DNA of 64,000 nt, from contig OZ234493.1 in NCBI GenBank assembly GCA_965153455.1, positions 4,402,001 through 4,466,000 of the forward strand. The letters run 5' to 3'. This stretch comes from Sphagnum compactum. Lineage: Eukaryota. The stretch's first letter is position 1. Every line of letters starts with the position of its first letter. The notes beneath the pieces are model-generated. The model ran no database searches and was not told where the DNA came from. It saw only the letters and a program-made list of their open reading frames with translations. This document shows, one piece after another, positions 34,577 through 47,300 of this stretch. The translations under genes and the position numbers were made by a program.

Positions 34577-35445
34577 TGTACAAAAAAGAAGAAGATGAAG
34601 AAGAAGGAAGAAAAAGCTCTAATGCATCAGTCGATGACGAGCTATTGCTTGGGCTTCAATGAACCTAGTGTTGTGTAGAGCTTGAAGAACGGGATGAGAC
34701 ATTATCAACGCAACAATGGCAACAAACCAGTGATCTCCATTTGCATTTCGTTTGTCCATGGAAGAGAATTGTGGAGCTTTGTGTATAAATTCCTAAGATT
34801 GTTCTTCTCTTGCACAATGTATGTGTACAACAACAAAGAAGAGGAAAAAAGAAAGAAGAAAAAGAGGCTGCTCTAATGCATTAATGGATGATGAGCATCG
34901 TTGCTTGAGCTTCAAGGAACCCAATGTTGTGACTGACTTAGAGCTTGAAGAAGAAGAAGAAGAAGGGAATGAGAGATCAACGAACCAACAATGGAACCAA
35001 CAAAGAGCGATCTCCATAATTTGCATTCCGTTTGTGCGTGGAGACAAGAATTATGGAGCTTTGCATATGGAGAGAATTGTGGGGGCTTTACGTATATAAT
35101 TCCTCAGATTGTTCTTCTCTTGCACAATGTACAAGCGGCAACAAACAAGAAGAAGAAGAAGAAGAAGAAGAAGAAAAAAGAAGAAACTCTAATGATGCAT
35201 TGGTCGATGAGGAGGAGGAGGAGGAGGAGGAGGAGGAGTCATTCATTGCTTGGGCTTCAAGGAAGGAACCTAATGTTGTGAAGAAGAACTTGAAGAAGAA
35301 TAGAATCAAAGACGAATGCAACAACAACAACAACACCAACAACAACAACAATGGCAACAATGGCAACAACAACAACAATGATCAAAATCCATTTACATAA
35401 TTTTCCGTTTGTTGCATGGAGAGAATTGTGGAGCTTTGTGGGTTC
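34577..35445. repeat. Three ~250-310 bp degenerate tandem units with embedded expanded microsatellites (GAA, GAG, AAC)
   Basis: Recurring blocks: ctctaatg..catt..t.gatga; ttgcttg.gcttcaa.gaacc.a.tgttgtg; gcttgaagaa; ggagagaattgtggagctttg; agattgttcttctcttgcacaatgta. Confidence 0.85.
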
Positions 35446-38400
35446 CTAATAAGATCACCATAGAACTAGGAAAAAACAACAACCAAAAGGCCCTACATAT
35501 CTGTATGTGCTACATTGTGTATATTTTGGCCTTGCCTACTACCAAGGGCAAGGATATTATTGTGTTTTCCATTCATTACATAGAGTATACACTAGTAGTA
35601 CCTTTAGCCATTTTCAACACATAAGTAATAAGTAATTTTGAAACATTCATTTCAAACAAATGGAATATTTTTCAATATCCACTCTTATTTTCCTTCACAA
35701 TATTTTTGAATTTGGAAGAAATGATTTTTGAAAATTTCAACATTTCTGAAAAAATAATAATAATAATAATATAATTACTAGTGTCGAATTGGCCAAGGTA
35801 CTAAGGTAAGTAGCTTAAGGGATTTTTATAGGCCCCTAGGTAATAATAATAATAATAGGTCTATTTTTTTTATATGAGGATTGTTGAAACATGATAATTT
35901 TGGCTTGTGTTGAATGAAAACTTGAGATTAGTTATTATAGAGTTATGATACCTTGAAGGATTTTGGTTTCTTTTTTAGAGGAATTTTTTTTTAAGATTCT
36001 ATTTTGTGCATGGTGAAATATTTGAATTTTCCATAATTCTTCTTTTGCCTTAAGATTTTTTTTTAATGTAAAATGGCAAGGCCACAGTGTGACACACCCC
36101 TTGTGTTGTATTTTGGTATATACACTATAGTGAGGGGCTTTTTTTTTCTATTTTTCTTTTCAATTTTGTGATATTGCCCACACTACGCTAGCAATCAATC
36201 ATCAACAAGAGGAATTAGCCAAATTTGGCTACAGGTCAGAAAAAAAAGTAGAAAATCTGAAGAATCCTGCCACGTAGCTTTTGCCGGCCTGTCAAGGTCA
36301 CCGTATTGTCTAAATATTGGTGATTTTAGAATTCCAAAACAATTTCAAAATTTTCCCAATTTCTTGTCGGAAAAATGACAAATTTTGTGCCCCAAAAATT
36401 TCACATTTGCTTGGGAAATTTGGCAGTAGCTTTGACACCAATTATGTTATTTGTAGAAATGTTGAAATTTGCAAACTAACAAAAACAAATCTCAAAGAAA
36501 TACATTTTGTCAAGGAAAATTAAAAAATCTTTTGGAACCTTTCACAATGTTCTATTTTTTGAACATGAGATCTTCAAAATTATTAATAAATTATTCGACA
36601 CACATGTGTTAAAGCTACCCTTGAATGGTACTTATGTCTTCAACACACTCAAATTTCATACACCTTAAGATGATATTTGATTGATTAGTTTTTTGCACAT
36701 TTTAGAATGGATTGGAATTTTATATTGTATAGGGACTTCAAGTTTGCAAGCTATATATAGATATATATAAATATAATCTCACAATCTATACATAACATAA
36801 TATATTTTCCTCTAACCAATGAAACCTACAACGAATTCCGTCGGATTGGGTCACTCTAGCCATCATCTACAACATAGAAATAATGCAAACTTTGATGTGA
36901 AATGTTAAGGTGATTCTTATTGAAAAAATTGCAGTTCATGTCTTCAACTTACCAAAGCTCAAAATGAAAACTTATGAGTCTAAATCAAAGGTAGTTTGAT
37001 TAGCTAAATGCACCAAGATCACTATAGAAAACTCCTACCATGTCAAAAGGATGGATTTCACATTGAATACTTGCCAAACCCGATCTTCTACACAATGTCA
37101 CAAAAAATGCGAGTCTTATGGTTCAAATGGCGAACAATCTATTGTGTGCCAAAAAATTAATGTGGTACATACACCATGCCCACAATGGACACTTGGTTAA
37201 TTGGGTTACTATTGCACTACAAAATATTACAAAAATCTTGAAGAAAATCCACCTAAAACAATATAAGAATATCCAAATTCAGCCTTATACATGTAATTGG
37301 TGGAATTTTTTTTCAAAATTGGTTTCTTATCAATGACCACTTGCTAGATCAACCGAATGATGATTTAGATGATGATGTTAGTGAAGTTATTAAAGTAAGG
37401 ACATTGATGTGTATGATGTAATTTTAAACAAATAGGAAACTAAAATCCATTTTTGACAAGTCATCAATCAATGAGTTATCGATCTACAAAAGAAGGTGTT
37501 CAAGCTATAAAATGCACACACAAGCCTTACATGTTGAGGCTAAAATGAAGAATTTGCATCTTCATAAAATGCATGTGGAATTATTGGAAGGTGAAAATGA
37601 ACACCTTAAAACACAAGTTATTGAATACCAAAATAATTATAAGATGTTGGGGGAACAAGTGGTATGTCAACAAGGCAAATTGTGAGGTATGCACAAAGTC
37701 ATTGATTTTCTAAAGTAGAATTCGATAAGGAGATTAATGCACACAAATGAATTAACTCGACTAAAATAGTTATTGAAACTAATACAATATATAATAAGTT
37801 ACAAAAAAACTCAAAATCAATACCTCAAATGGATCAACAACTAGATGCGTTTGTTAACAAATTTGATGCCAACCTCAAACGGGCCATCACTGGACTCAAA
37901 AGTGTAAAGACATGTGTGAATAAAAAGAAAATGTTCATTATTGAATAACTGAACGTTCTATAGCAACTATTTGAGTTGTAGGAAATGAATGTTACATTCA
38001 GTGACTTTAACTGAAGTTGAATATTGCATACTTACAATACTAAATTGCTTGAAAACCATACCGTGTTCAAAACATAAATATTGTTGCTCAAACACAAAAA
38101 GGAAAAATAACAAGGGGCTTAAAGGCCAAGGTGGAGGAATTCATTTGAATTCATTAGAAATAGTTGTAAAAGTTACAATAAAAAATTTGGTATTGGTAAA
38201 CTTTCCCAATCAAGAATTGATTTGTCAAATTCCCCAGTAGGAATTATGAAGACATAATTCCAAATAGAAACGAGGCCGATGTTAAAGGTCAAACCAAACT
38301 TTTTAGTTTTTTAATTGGTGCACTTGGTAGCCATTGGTATATTGAATTGATAAGTTTTGTAAAAGTTAGACTTGGAATAACATTAGTTATAAGATGATGA

Positions 38401-38869
38401 ACTCTAAAAGAATCATTGACAAGATTAACAAGGAGTCTCAATCATTTTGCTTTGCAATTTTTTTAAGTTTTATTATAAAAAGGTTAGATTGTTTGTGACA
38501 TTTTGCTTTTAGTAGTACTATATAAAACTAGGATTTTCTTCTATAATTTTATACCTTTTACACAAGTTTAATGTTGTCTTGATCTAGTCTACCATTTTTA
38601 TTTGCATTTTGAATCAATTTGAAAGTGTGAATATTTCTGACTATTTATTAAATTAATTTGGTAGAAGTTAATTGAACTATGCATTTAAAATTCCTATTTG
38701 GAATTCTATGTATAGACTTTTTTTTTAATACATACACTACACATACATAGGATTTTTGAATCCTTCAAGTTTGATATAAATCCACCTTAGTAGATTCCAT
38801 TATATTATTTCCTTGATTGGTTTTACAAATTCCTTGATATCTCGAATTTTTGGAACAAAAGTGTAAATA

Positions 38870-39460
38870 AAAAATTATGTTAAGCAATTTTAAATCATTG
38901 GAAAGGTTTTCATGAAGTGTACATATACAAAATGGTTTGCATTTTTCATTTGGAGATTTGAAATTCACATTGTGCACAATAAAAAAGCTGCAAATCAAAT
39001 TGGCAATTTGACTCCCAAGCATTAAAACCTAGAAATTAGGTCAAGTCCCCTCTAATTGGAACATGTAATATGGTGTTAAAAAGTACTTTTCAAGGATTGT
39101 AACTTTTCTTTTGAATACTTCTCAATTGGAGCTTGTATGTGAGAATTATAAGTTCACAAAGTTGCAAGATTCATAATCTAGCAAAATTGAAAATTTTCAA
39201 AAATTTATCCCACTTTTTCTAGATTTTTTCCCATTTCGACATAATGCCCCCCATTGTCACAATGTATACTATAAGGAGGAGGAAAGTAATGAATTCCTCC
39301 CAAGTTTGGGTCATGGTGTGTTTTATGAGTTGGGTTGCACATAATTTATTTGTGCACTATTTTGTTTTAATTTACATTAACTTTTACTTTTTTTGGTTTG
39401 TGCAAATTCATTTCACCTTGAACTTGTCCTTGTGAGTTTGTTCTAATCCCATCTTGGAGT
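38870..39460. mobile_element. Highly degenerate third copy of the same LTR family, inverted relative to the first two
   Basis: tactataaggagg...cccaagtttgggtcatggtg (~39266-39320) is the reverse complement of caccacgacctgaacttggg...cccttatagta (~18487-18534). tttgactcccaagcattaaaa matches the reversed ttttagtggtcgggag. No termini or TSD were found. Confidence 0.6.
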
Positions 39461-41150
39461 TCTCATGACCTTTTTTATGAAATTAGGAATTGACAAATTA
39501 TTTATTTCAATACCACTTGACAAACCAAGGGATGCTCCAATAAATAAATATGTTGGTGTTGTTGAAATGAAAGAAAACAAACAACAATAACAAGATAATT
39601 ATCTCTTCCATTTGATGCATCTAGTGTACACAAGATGAATGCAAAATTGACATAGTTGAACACTTGGTAAATTCTTGACAATGAAGAAGAAATGATCTTA
39701 TTTTTTATGTATGTTTGGCTTGTGGGATTTAACATATACATAAAATTTAACATTTATTCTATGCGATACCCACACTTAACAATAGAAATGTTATGAAACA
39801 GTTCTACCTTATCTGCCTTTATCACTTATATTCACATTTGACATGAAATTATTTCCACTTGTCAAGTGGCAATCAAGACACAATGTACTATTGTCTTCAT
39901 GATATGCAAAAGATTATTTCCATGATTTTTGGCTCAAATTGAAACTTTTCTTTTCTACATTTACATTACATTCTTGGTATGTCAATTGTGTTGCATTCAC
40001 GATGTTCATTGTCCAACACATTCTCAATTTTTTTTTTAAATGTTTTGTTCATCGGCATTACAACTTCTTGAATTACTATAAGAATTTTTTCCAAAGAAAT
40101 AATGTCATCATCCTCAACAAATTAGCTATGACCACGCAACTATGATCATTAATTATTTGCTTTCCATGCACCCTTAAAAAAAATTCCTTGTGAAATTGGA
40201 ATAGTCTAGTGTTACTTGTTGGTTCATCAGTTGTGTTTGTCGATTACAATCGTGAAAGGCATGATTATAATTTTAACTATTTTGTTCTTGTGCATGCAGA
40301 GTGATGACACATAGGAATTAATGATGCCTTTCTCATACTTGCTAAAATTGATTAAAGAGTTGATTCATATTCATCTTTGTATGTTGAATAGAAGTGCAAA
40401 TGTCTTGAAAGTAGATGAAAACATTTTAATGATGAATTTGATAAGTTAGTTTAGATATTGAATCATTTTTCAAGAGCTTATGTAGCTTTTGTGTTTCAAT
40501 ATCGAAATGTTCCTTTTTCGAAGATTTAACATTACATAAACTTGTTGCTTACCTCCGTTAATTTTGACCTAAATTAAGGTGCCATATAAATGTCCATGTA
40601 GAACTCATAGCTCCATACATTTATACATGTGGGCACAAGGTTTTCCTTCTTTGAGATTTAAAAAATAAAAATAAAAATTGGTAATTTATGTTTCACTTTT
40701 TGTATGTAATTATAGGAATTGTGAGAAACAAGGCTTTTGTGTCCTCTAGATCAGGACCTCGATTCCCATATCAGGACCTGAAGATGGCCATGTATGATTT
40801 TAAATGCCGTTGGATCAGACATAGGAGGGATTTCAAGTCCTAAACTGTCTGGCAGTGCTGGAATTCAGGACTTGGAACTTTTTGCAAAATCACAGACCCC
40901 AGTCGGTTTGAGACTTGGATCAAGATCTCGCTCTAATTTACTAAACTAAAATGGAAATGGGGGGACCAAGGTTTATCATTGTTTTTGTTTTAAGGATCTG
41001 GAATTCAGCACATCGATCGATAAGTGGATGTCACACACTTTTTCAGATGTTAAGATGAGATCTCGGGATCTGATATCAAGATCTGGATTCTAACTATTTC
41101 TTCTTTTTCTTCGTTTTCCCCCTTCAGGTGTTGTATGTAATATGTACAAG

Positions 41151-41527
41151 CCCCAGGGGCCTAATAACTTCACCTCGTTTTGAGGATCTCGATTTTGAAG
41201 ACCTGGGATCCTGGAGCATGGGTCCAGATGATGGTTCTGAGGACCTGGATCAGGACAGGCCCCAGGGGCCCTTTACTTTGTCATGCTTTGAGGACCTCGA
41301 TATTTTTAGACCTGGGATCCTGGACCCATGGTCCAGATGATATTTCTGAGGACCTGGATCAGGCCAGGCCCAGGGGGCCCTTTACTTTGTCATGTTTTGA
41401 GGACCTCGATTTTTAAGACCTGCGATCCTGGGTCCAGATGAAGTTTCTGATGACCTGGATTAGGACAGGCCCCAGGGCCCATTTTACTTCGCAGGGCTTT
41501 GAGGATCTCGACTTTTAAGACCTGGGT
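41151..41527. repeat. GC-rich tandem repeat, ~101-109 bp period, ~3.5 copies
   Basis: Units start ccc(c)agggg at ~41151, 41260, 41369 and 41470. Shared core: tttgagga.ctcga.tttt.agacctgggatcctgg...ggtccagatga...tctgaggacctggatcagg. Confidence 0.9.
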
Positions 41528-44052
41528 TCCTTCTGCCTTCGACGGATGAGCGCAGCGAGCTCTTTGTTGCAGCGGCGATTGCGCACTGAGCATGATCCTC
41601 GTGTTCCTCTTTCTCTTCTGTGTTTCTCCTGTTTTCCCGAGTCGCAATGACGTTTCTTCGTGCTCTCTGCAGAAGTTTCTAGTTTCTGAAAAAAAAATTA
41701 TACCATTTTTTTCTAGGGGAACAGGAGTGCAGGTCTCATTGCAGGTTCCAGTATGAGGATTGCTAAAAAATCGGAGTGTGCTTTGTCAAGGGCTTCAGAA
41801 AGATGTGCTTATAGATTGATGAAGGATGTCTTGCAGTTGCACAATTCTTTTCTCTTTTTTGTATTCTGAAAGAGATTTGGAAATTGAAATGCAGGTGGAA
41901 CCTTGAGAGGTTGTGGTGCCACCGCATGGCACTAAAAGGTGAGGACAATGGCAAAGAAGGAACAAAGACATGAGCTCGGAAGCTAGGGGGGGCGAAGCTT
42001 TTCTCTGTGTTCTAGCTTCGCAAGTCCCATCAACTGAAGGTGTCTGATGACCAGTCGGAAACTTTCAACTGCTGATCATCCTCAAATACATTCCACAATT
42101 GCAAACCCTAATGTCACTTGATTGCTGCATTTGTTATCTATCCAGTGCCAAGAATGTCATCACCGGAGGGGGAGGAGCTCATCAAGTTGAGTGCTGTGCG
42201 TGAACCAATATGGCTTTGACTGATCATGAGTAGTTGCAGCAAAGCAAGTCTTTTGCAAAAGGGATTGATTTCATGCCATGTTTGAGCTTTACCTGTGAAT
42301 TGTTTCCACCATCAAAGAACATGCAACTGCACAATAGGACAGATGGATTGTGAGACAGATGGTTGTACAGCAGATAGGAATGAGCCTTGAAATGGTAAAG
42401 ATAGTATTGCTCCATAAAGGGAATTAATGACACAAACTAAGCAGTCTGGAAACTCAAGCTGATTAGGTCAAACTTCCCAGTGTGCAGCAGATGTAGTAGG
42501 AGGTGATGTTGAGGAGTGGGGAAATTCTCTCCCCTTTAATGTTACATTCAGGTTGAATCAGGAGGTGATATTATTGAGGAGAGGAAAATTTTCTCATCTT
42601 GAATATAGATATGGAGGTGGAGGAGGAGGGCCTCCATTTAGCTTAGGGTTGGTGCTTACTGCAGCTTGATAGTCTGGCAATGCACTGAATGGGGAAGAAG
42701 ATCAAAACCTTTGCCGTTATTGTGAGGAGATCTATGAACAAAGATCAGACACTCTATGGTCTCTCTTCCTTGATTGACAGACATTCTGGAATGGATTTTC
42801 TCACCAGACTTGTGAAGTTTATAGTGGAAGAAATAGATGTGTGTGTGCGTGTGCGTGTGTTCTTTGTTTTCCGCCGTTTTGCACCGTGTTTTTCACAAAT
42901 CCTGATCATTCTTGTAAGAACTGGAAGAGAGAGTTGTAGTTTTTACTTGCAAGAATTGCGAGAGACTGACTGATGTGAGGAAGAAGAAGTGCTGTTCATC
43001 CTGGAGTCAATTTCTTGCAATTCTTCCTCAAAGGAAGGAAGGAAGGGGAGAGACACTGTCGTGCACGATGATGGGGAGTCTGGATGGAGTGAAGGAGGGG
43101 GAAAAGAAGAAGAAGGAGGATGAGGACCACCACCATCACGTCCCCTTCTTTGTTCCTAGTTTCTACACGTTGACTGAACAACTTCATGATTGCTGCCAAA
43201 GGAAAAAAGGGTTGTGCACACAGCAGCAACACAATTATTATGGAGAGAGAGAGAGAGAGAGATAGAGCCTCGTGACATCCGTGGTGATGGGCGATGTAAG
43301 AAGAATCCGAGACTGATTGGACGAAGTCATCCGCACAATGGGGGGGAAAAACAAAAAGGCATTCTACTGCAGGCAGGCAGCAGGAACAACAACCAGATCT
43401 GGGGCCCGCCCTCCTTCGCTCCCTCGAGCTTTGCCTGCCTGCCTGCCTTCCATCATTGTCGTGATTATTAAGGTCTCATCACGCAAACCCACAAACCCAA
43501 ATTTTGCAGCAAAAGAATTGGAAGCTAAAAACCCACACAATCAATCAATCAAACTAACAATAACTCCTCTCACGCCTGACAAGATGGTCTTCTTCTTCGG
43601 TCTTCTTCTTCTCGCAAAATCACACAATTTCAGCTTGACCCAATGACCCACCTTCCTCTTCTTCCACCTCGTTTTCTTCGACCACATTGTTTACTTTTTC
43701 TCGTGGATCTCGATTTCTTCTTCTTCTTCTTCAATTCGATGATGAATTCGGCAAGAAATTCTTCTTCTCGGGTGCGAGGGAGGAGGAGGAGGGACTTTTT
43801 CTTTTGATTCTTCTTCTTCTGTTCTTCTTTGTTGTGGGGTTTTGTTTTGTCGGGAAGAGGGGAGGAGGAGGAGGAGGAGGAAAAGACTTTAATTCTTTGA
43901 TGAAGATAGTTCACAATTTCTTTCTTGTGAGTAGTGCTCGTCGATCGGTCTCGGTTATTGTTGCGAGCTCAAACTTTTGGATTGAATCCACTGTTTCTCT
44001 TGTGGAAGCTTTCATGGTGAGGCGATGCAGCAAGGCGACCCATTGCTGTAAG

Positions 44053-44103
44053 TCTTCTTCTTCTTCTTCTTCTCTCTCTCTCTCTCTCTCTCGCTCTCTC
44101 TCT
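44053..44103. repeat. Compound (TCT)n(CT)n microsatellite in the Raf 5' leader region
   Basis: tcttcttcttcttcttcttctctctctctc... seen directly. Confidence 0.9.
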
Positions 44104-44393
44104 CCTTCCTCTTTTCCTCTTCTGCTACTTTCGAAGGTCCGGAAATTAGGGATCACAGCCAAGAACTTCACCGATCTTTCTTTGCTGGTAGGTAAGGTAC
44201 ATCCATCCTCGTGCGTGTTGCAGGATGGGTGAGCGCATCGTCGTCGTCATCTCTGATAACCCACAAAGGAAAGAAGGTGAGTGAGTAAGACTCTCCCCTT
44301 TGCATTCTTCCCCTTGTCTTGTCAAACGTGATGATGATGATGCACCCACCCACCCATCCTTCGTTTGTGTTTTTTGCCATGTACTGCCAGGAA

Positions 44394-47300
44394 ATGGAGG
44401 AGATTCAACAAGTGCAGGAAGGAGGAGGAAGGGAAGAAGGATTGAGAACACATTTCTCTGACTGGCCTCCTAGTGCTGCTGCACAGACAGGGGAAGGAAT
44501 CAAGAAGGGCACAGCAGAACTCACATCTGCTGCTGCTGCTGCTAACGACTCTCTCAACTCCACAGAAGACCGCAGCAGGAGTCCTGTTGCAGCAGCAGCA
44601 GAGCAAGTGTCAGCCCAAATTGCTTCGCAGACTTTGTGGGAGTCAAAAGTACTGGAGTCCATAATGCCAAGTGGTTTCTACTCCATGGTTCCAGTAAGTT
44701 TTTGGATCACTGTTCACCAGCATGCATGCTTGATCCGAATCCATTTGTGTGTGCGTGTGTGTATGTGTGTTTCTTTAGACTCCAGCTCTCTCTCTCTCTC
44801 AAAAGGTTATAATGATGGGTTTGGTGATCCAGAGTAAAAGCTTCAAGGCAAGTTGTCCAACAATCCCGACATTGGAGGAGTTGGAGCAATTGGGAGCAGA
44901 GGCTGCTGGAAGTGATGTGCTACTTGTTGACACACACAAAGACAAGACTCTTGCAAACTTAGAAGAGTTTGCTAAAGTGCTGGTGAATGGTTTACGAGGC
45001 AATGTGGCCCTTGCGATCAAGAAAATTGCTGAACTGGTGAGGGATCTTTGGTGCAGATGATATTGAGCAGCCTTTCTCCAGATTAAATCTGAATCTGGAT
45101 TCCCAGGGGCTGTTCCCATCTGAATTCTGAATGCATTTTCAGTGGTGTGGAATACAGTTTCATCTCTCCTGTAAATAGTGCACATCTCTGGACTTGGATT
45201 ATGTCATTCTGCAGGTGTCCAACTTCTATGGAGGTCCACTTTTTGAGACTGGGGCGACAAAGGTCTCAGGAGATGAATGCCTGGGCTCTGGGGACGGTTG
45301 CCACATTCAGCTGTTAGGAGGTGTGAAGACAGGCTTGTGCCGGCCACGAGCTATTCTGTTCAAGTTTCTGGGAGATTGTGTTGGCATTCAGAGCCGGCTT
45401 CAAATGGTGGCTGTTTATGACATCCTCTTGTTTTGGTTTTGAAGGCTTATGTAGTCTGTGGTGAATGTTTTATTTAGTGCCTGAGTTTTTTGTGGTTCCA
45501 TATGGGTGTAAGATGCAATAAAATTCCTGGCTAGCTAGCCAGGGCTTGAAACAGATCCAATTAGGGGCTAATTACAGCAAGTTCATCGGTCATTCCTGTA
45601 CTTCCCCTGCTGGAGTTATTTGAACTCAATTTTTGGATTCTAGGTTCATCTTAAGCATGGTCCTACTGTGTTGCTCTTTCCAGCAGAGGTGTAACTGATT
45701 TTCTTCAAACAGGGTTTGCAGCTGGAGGCTGTTCCCAGCAGCTCCTTGATCTGTGCCAACCCGAACAAGCATTTGTCAAATATAGTGGCAATAAACGGCA
45801 TTGAACTTCTGGTAGATGTAATGCGACATCCAGGCTATTTGCGTCCATTTTCACGGAAGGCGCTGGTCATGTACCATATTGCAGGTGCTGGAGATAGTGA
45901 CTCAGGTGACTATGATTCATGCGACTCACCTCTTACACCAAACAGCCCACTGTTTGACTTTTCTGACAACTTGGATACTGAAAGGTTTTGTTTCTTCCTC
46001 TATAAAGCTATTGCAATCCGATCTAGTTTCACATTTTAACATTATCGAGATCTCACATTGAGAAGCTAGTATAGACATTCTTTTTAGGTTTTGCAGTTTC
46101 TCATAGTCTGCCAGATTGCACGAGGACATATGTGTATTGGGTTGAGTTAGAAGTTTCTATTTCATGAGGGTCATCATTCAAAGAAGACCAGCATCCATGA
46201 TGCAGACTGTCATATATCTTTGGTACTGGCTGTGTGCCTGCTTCTGTGCTCATTGCCCTGACCACCCATTTGCTTGGTTCTTTTGAGGCTAATGCTAGAA
46301 TATGGCCACTCAGCTGGGGGGGGCCAAGCAGTTTCAAAGGAAATATGCAAGTGATTGACCTAAATTGGAGCATCCATGGTCACCCACCCTCTGCATTCTC
46401 ATGCACTTTTCTTCTTGAAGTTAATGATGTAGTTTCTCTTCATGGAGTGATCTCTTCAGTTAACTGTTGGGTGCATTCAGCCTGGAGCAGGATGTGGATG
46501 ATGCACATCTCATGCAAGCAAGAAGAGGAATGATCTCTTCAGTTGTGACTCGTCCTGTACACCCCAACGCTGTGCCGGTGCACCCTATGGCTATTGGTGG
46601 CAAGCTGAGGTACTTCTAACTCATTGGTTTTTTGTGGCATCTGGGGCCATCTTGACACACCATCCAAGTCTTGCAGAGTACTGGTCATTTGAGTAGCTAT
46701 GGCACAGTACAGTAGTGACCATCACATTTGTTGTGTTTGCTGTTCTTAATGATATGAGACACAATCTACTTGAAGGCAGCACCACATTTTTCTGGGCAAA
46801 TGCAATCTGTAGGGCTTTCTTTTGTGTAATTGGCTTGGATTCTCTCCTTGAGCAGATTTTTTACACATCATATGTGTGATGAATAAGTGCCACTTTGAAA
46901 TAGTAGCTCCTCACTTACCAGTTCTTATGGCTAGTGTTTGTTGTTTGTTTGTTTGGTTTAGCCCATCACAAAGTGAGCCCGATTTGGCCAATCCAACTCG
47001 CTGGCGGAGCCAGAGACGAATCCATGATGAACCTAGTGCTGATTTGAGGTTAGTGTTCCTGTCTACTAGAACACAACAGCATCATAGTCATGTGTGCTCT
47101 TCAAACAATAGACACTCATGGACTTGCAGGTCAGGGACCAATAATGAGCATCTGTGACCAGGATAACATCAAACCTTAACTTCATAGACCTGAAAGGATA
47201 GTCTACAACCCTTCAAGGTACAACGACAGTTCTGGTGTCATCGAGAAAGTCATGTGGTGTTAAGAATCAGTTTGAAGGTTCCATAAACCCCACAGATTGC

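Noticed and set aside
34333-35400. Poly-E/K/R/N ORFs
   Set aside because: These are translations of microsatellites within the tandem repeat.
36850-40600. Broken coiled-coil-like and transposase-like frames
   Set aside because: Probably TE debris, but too degraded to assign a family.
41151-41527. CRISPR-like regular repeats
   Set aside because: Whole units repeat with no unique spacers, there are no cas genes, and the context is eukaryotic.
42046-42078. TGATGA...CTGA hairpin as SECIS or mini C/D RNA
   Set aside because: Spacing is wrong for SECIS, box C lacks the leading purine, and there is no host-intron or cluster context.
43687-44232. 181-aa ORF as a standalone gene
   Set aside because: It has a TTG start and low-complexity microsatellite-derived sequence in the Raf leader. 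Only the uORF possibility was kept.
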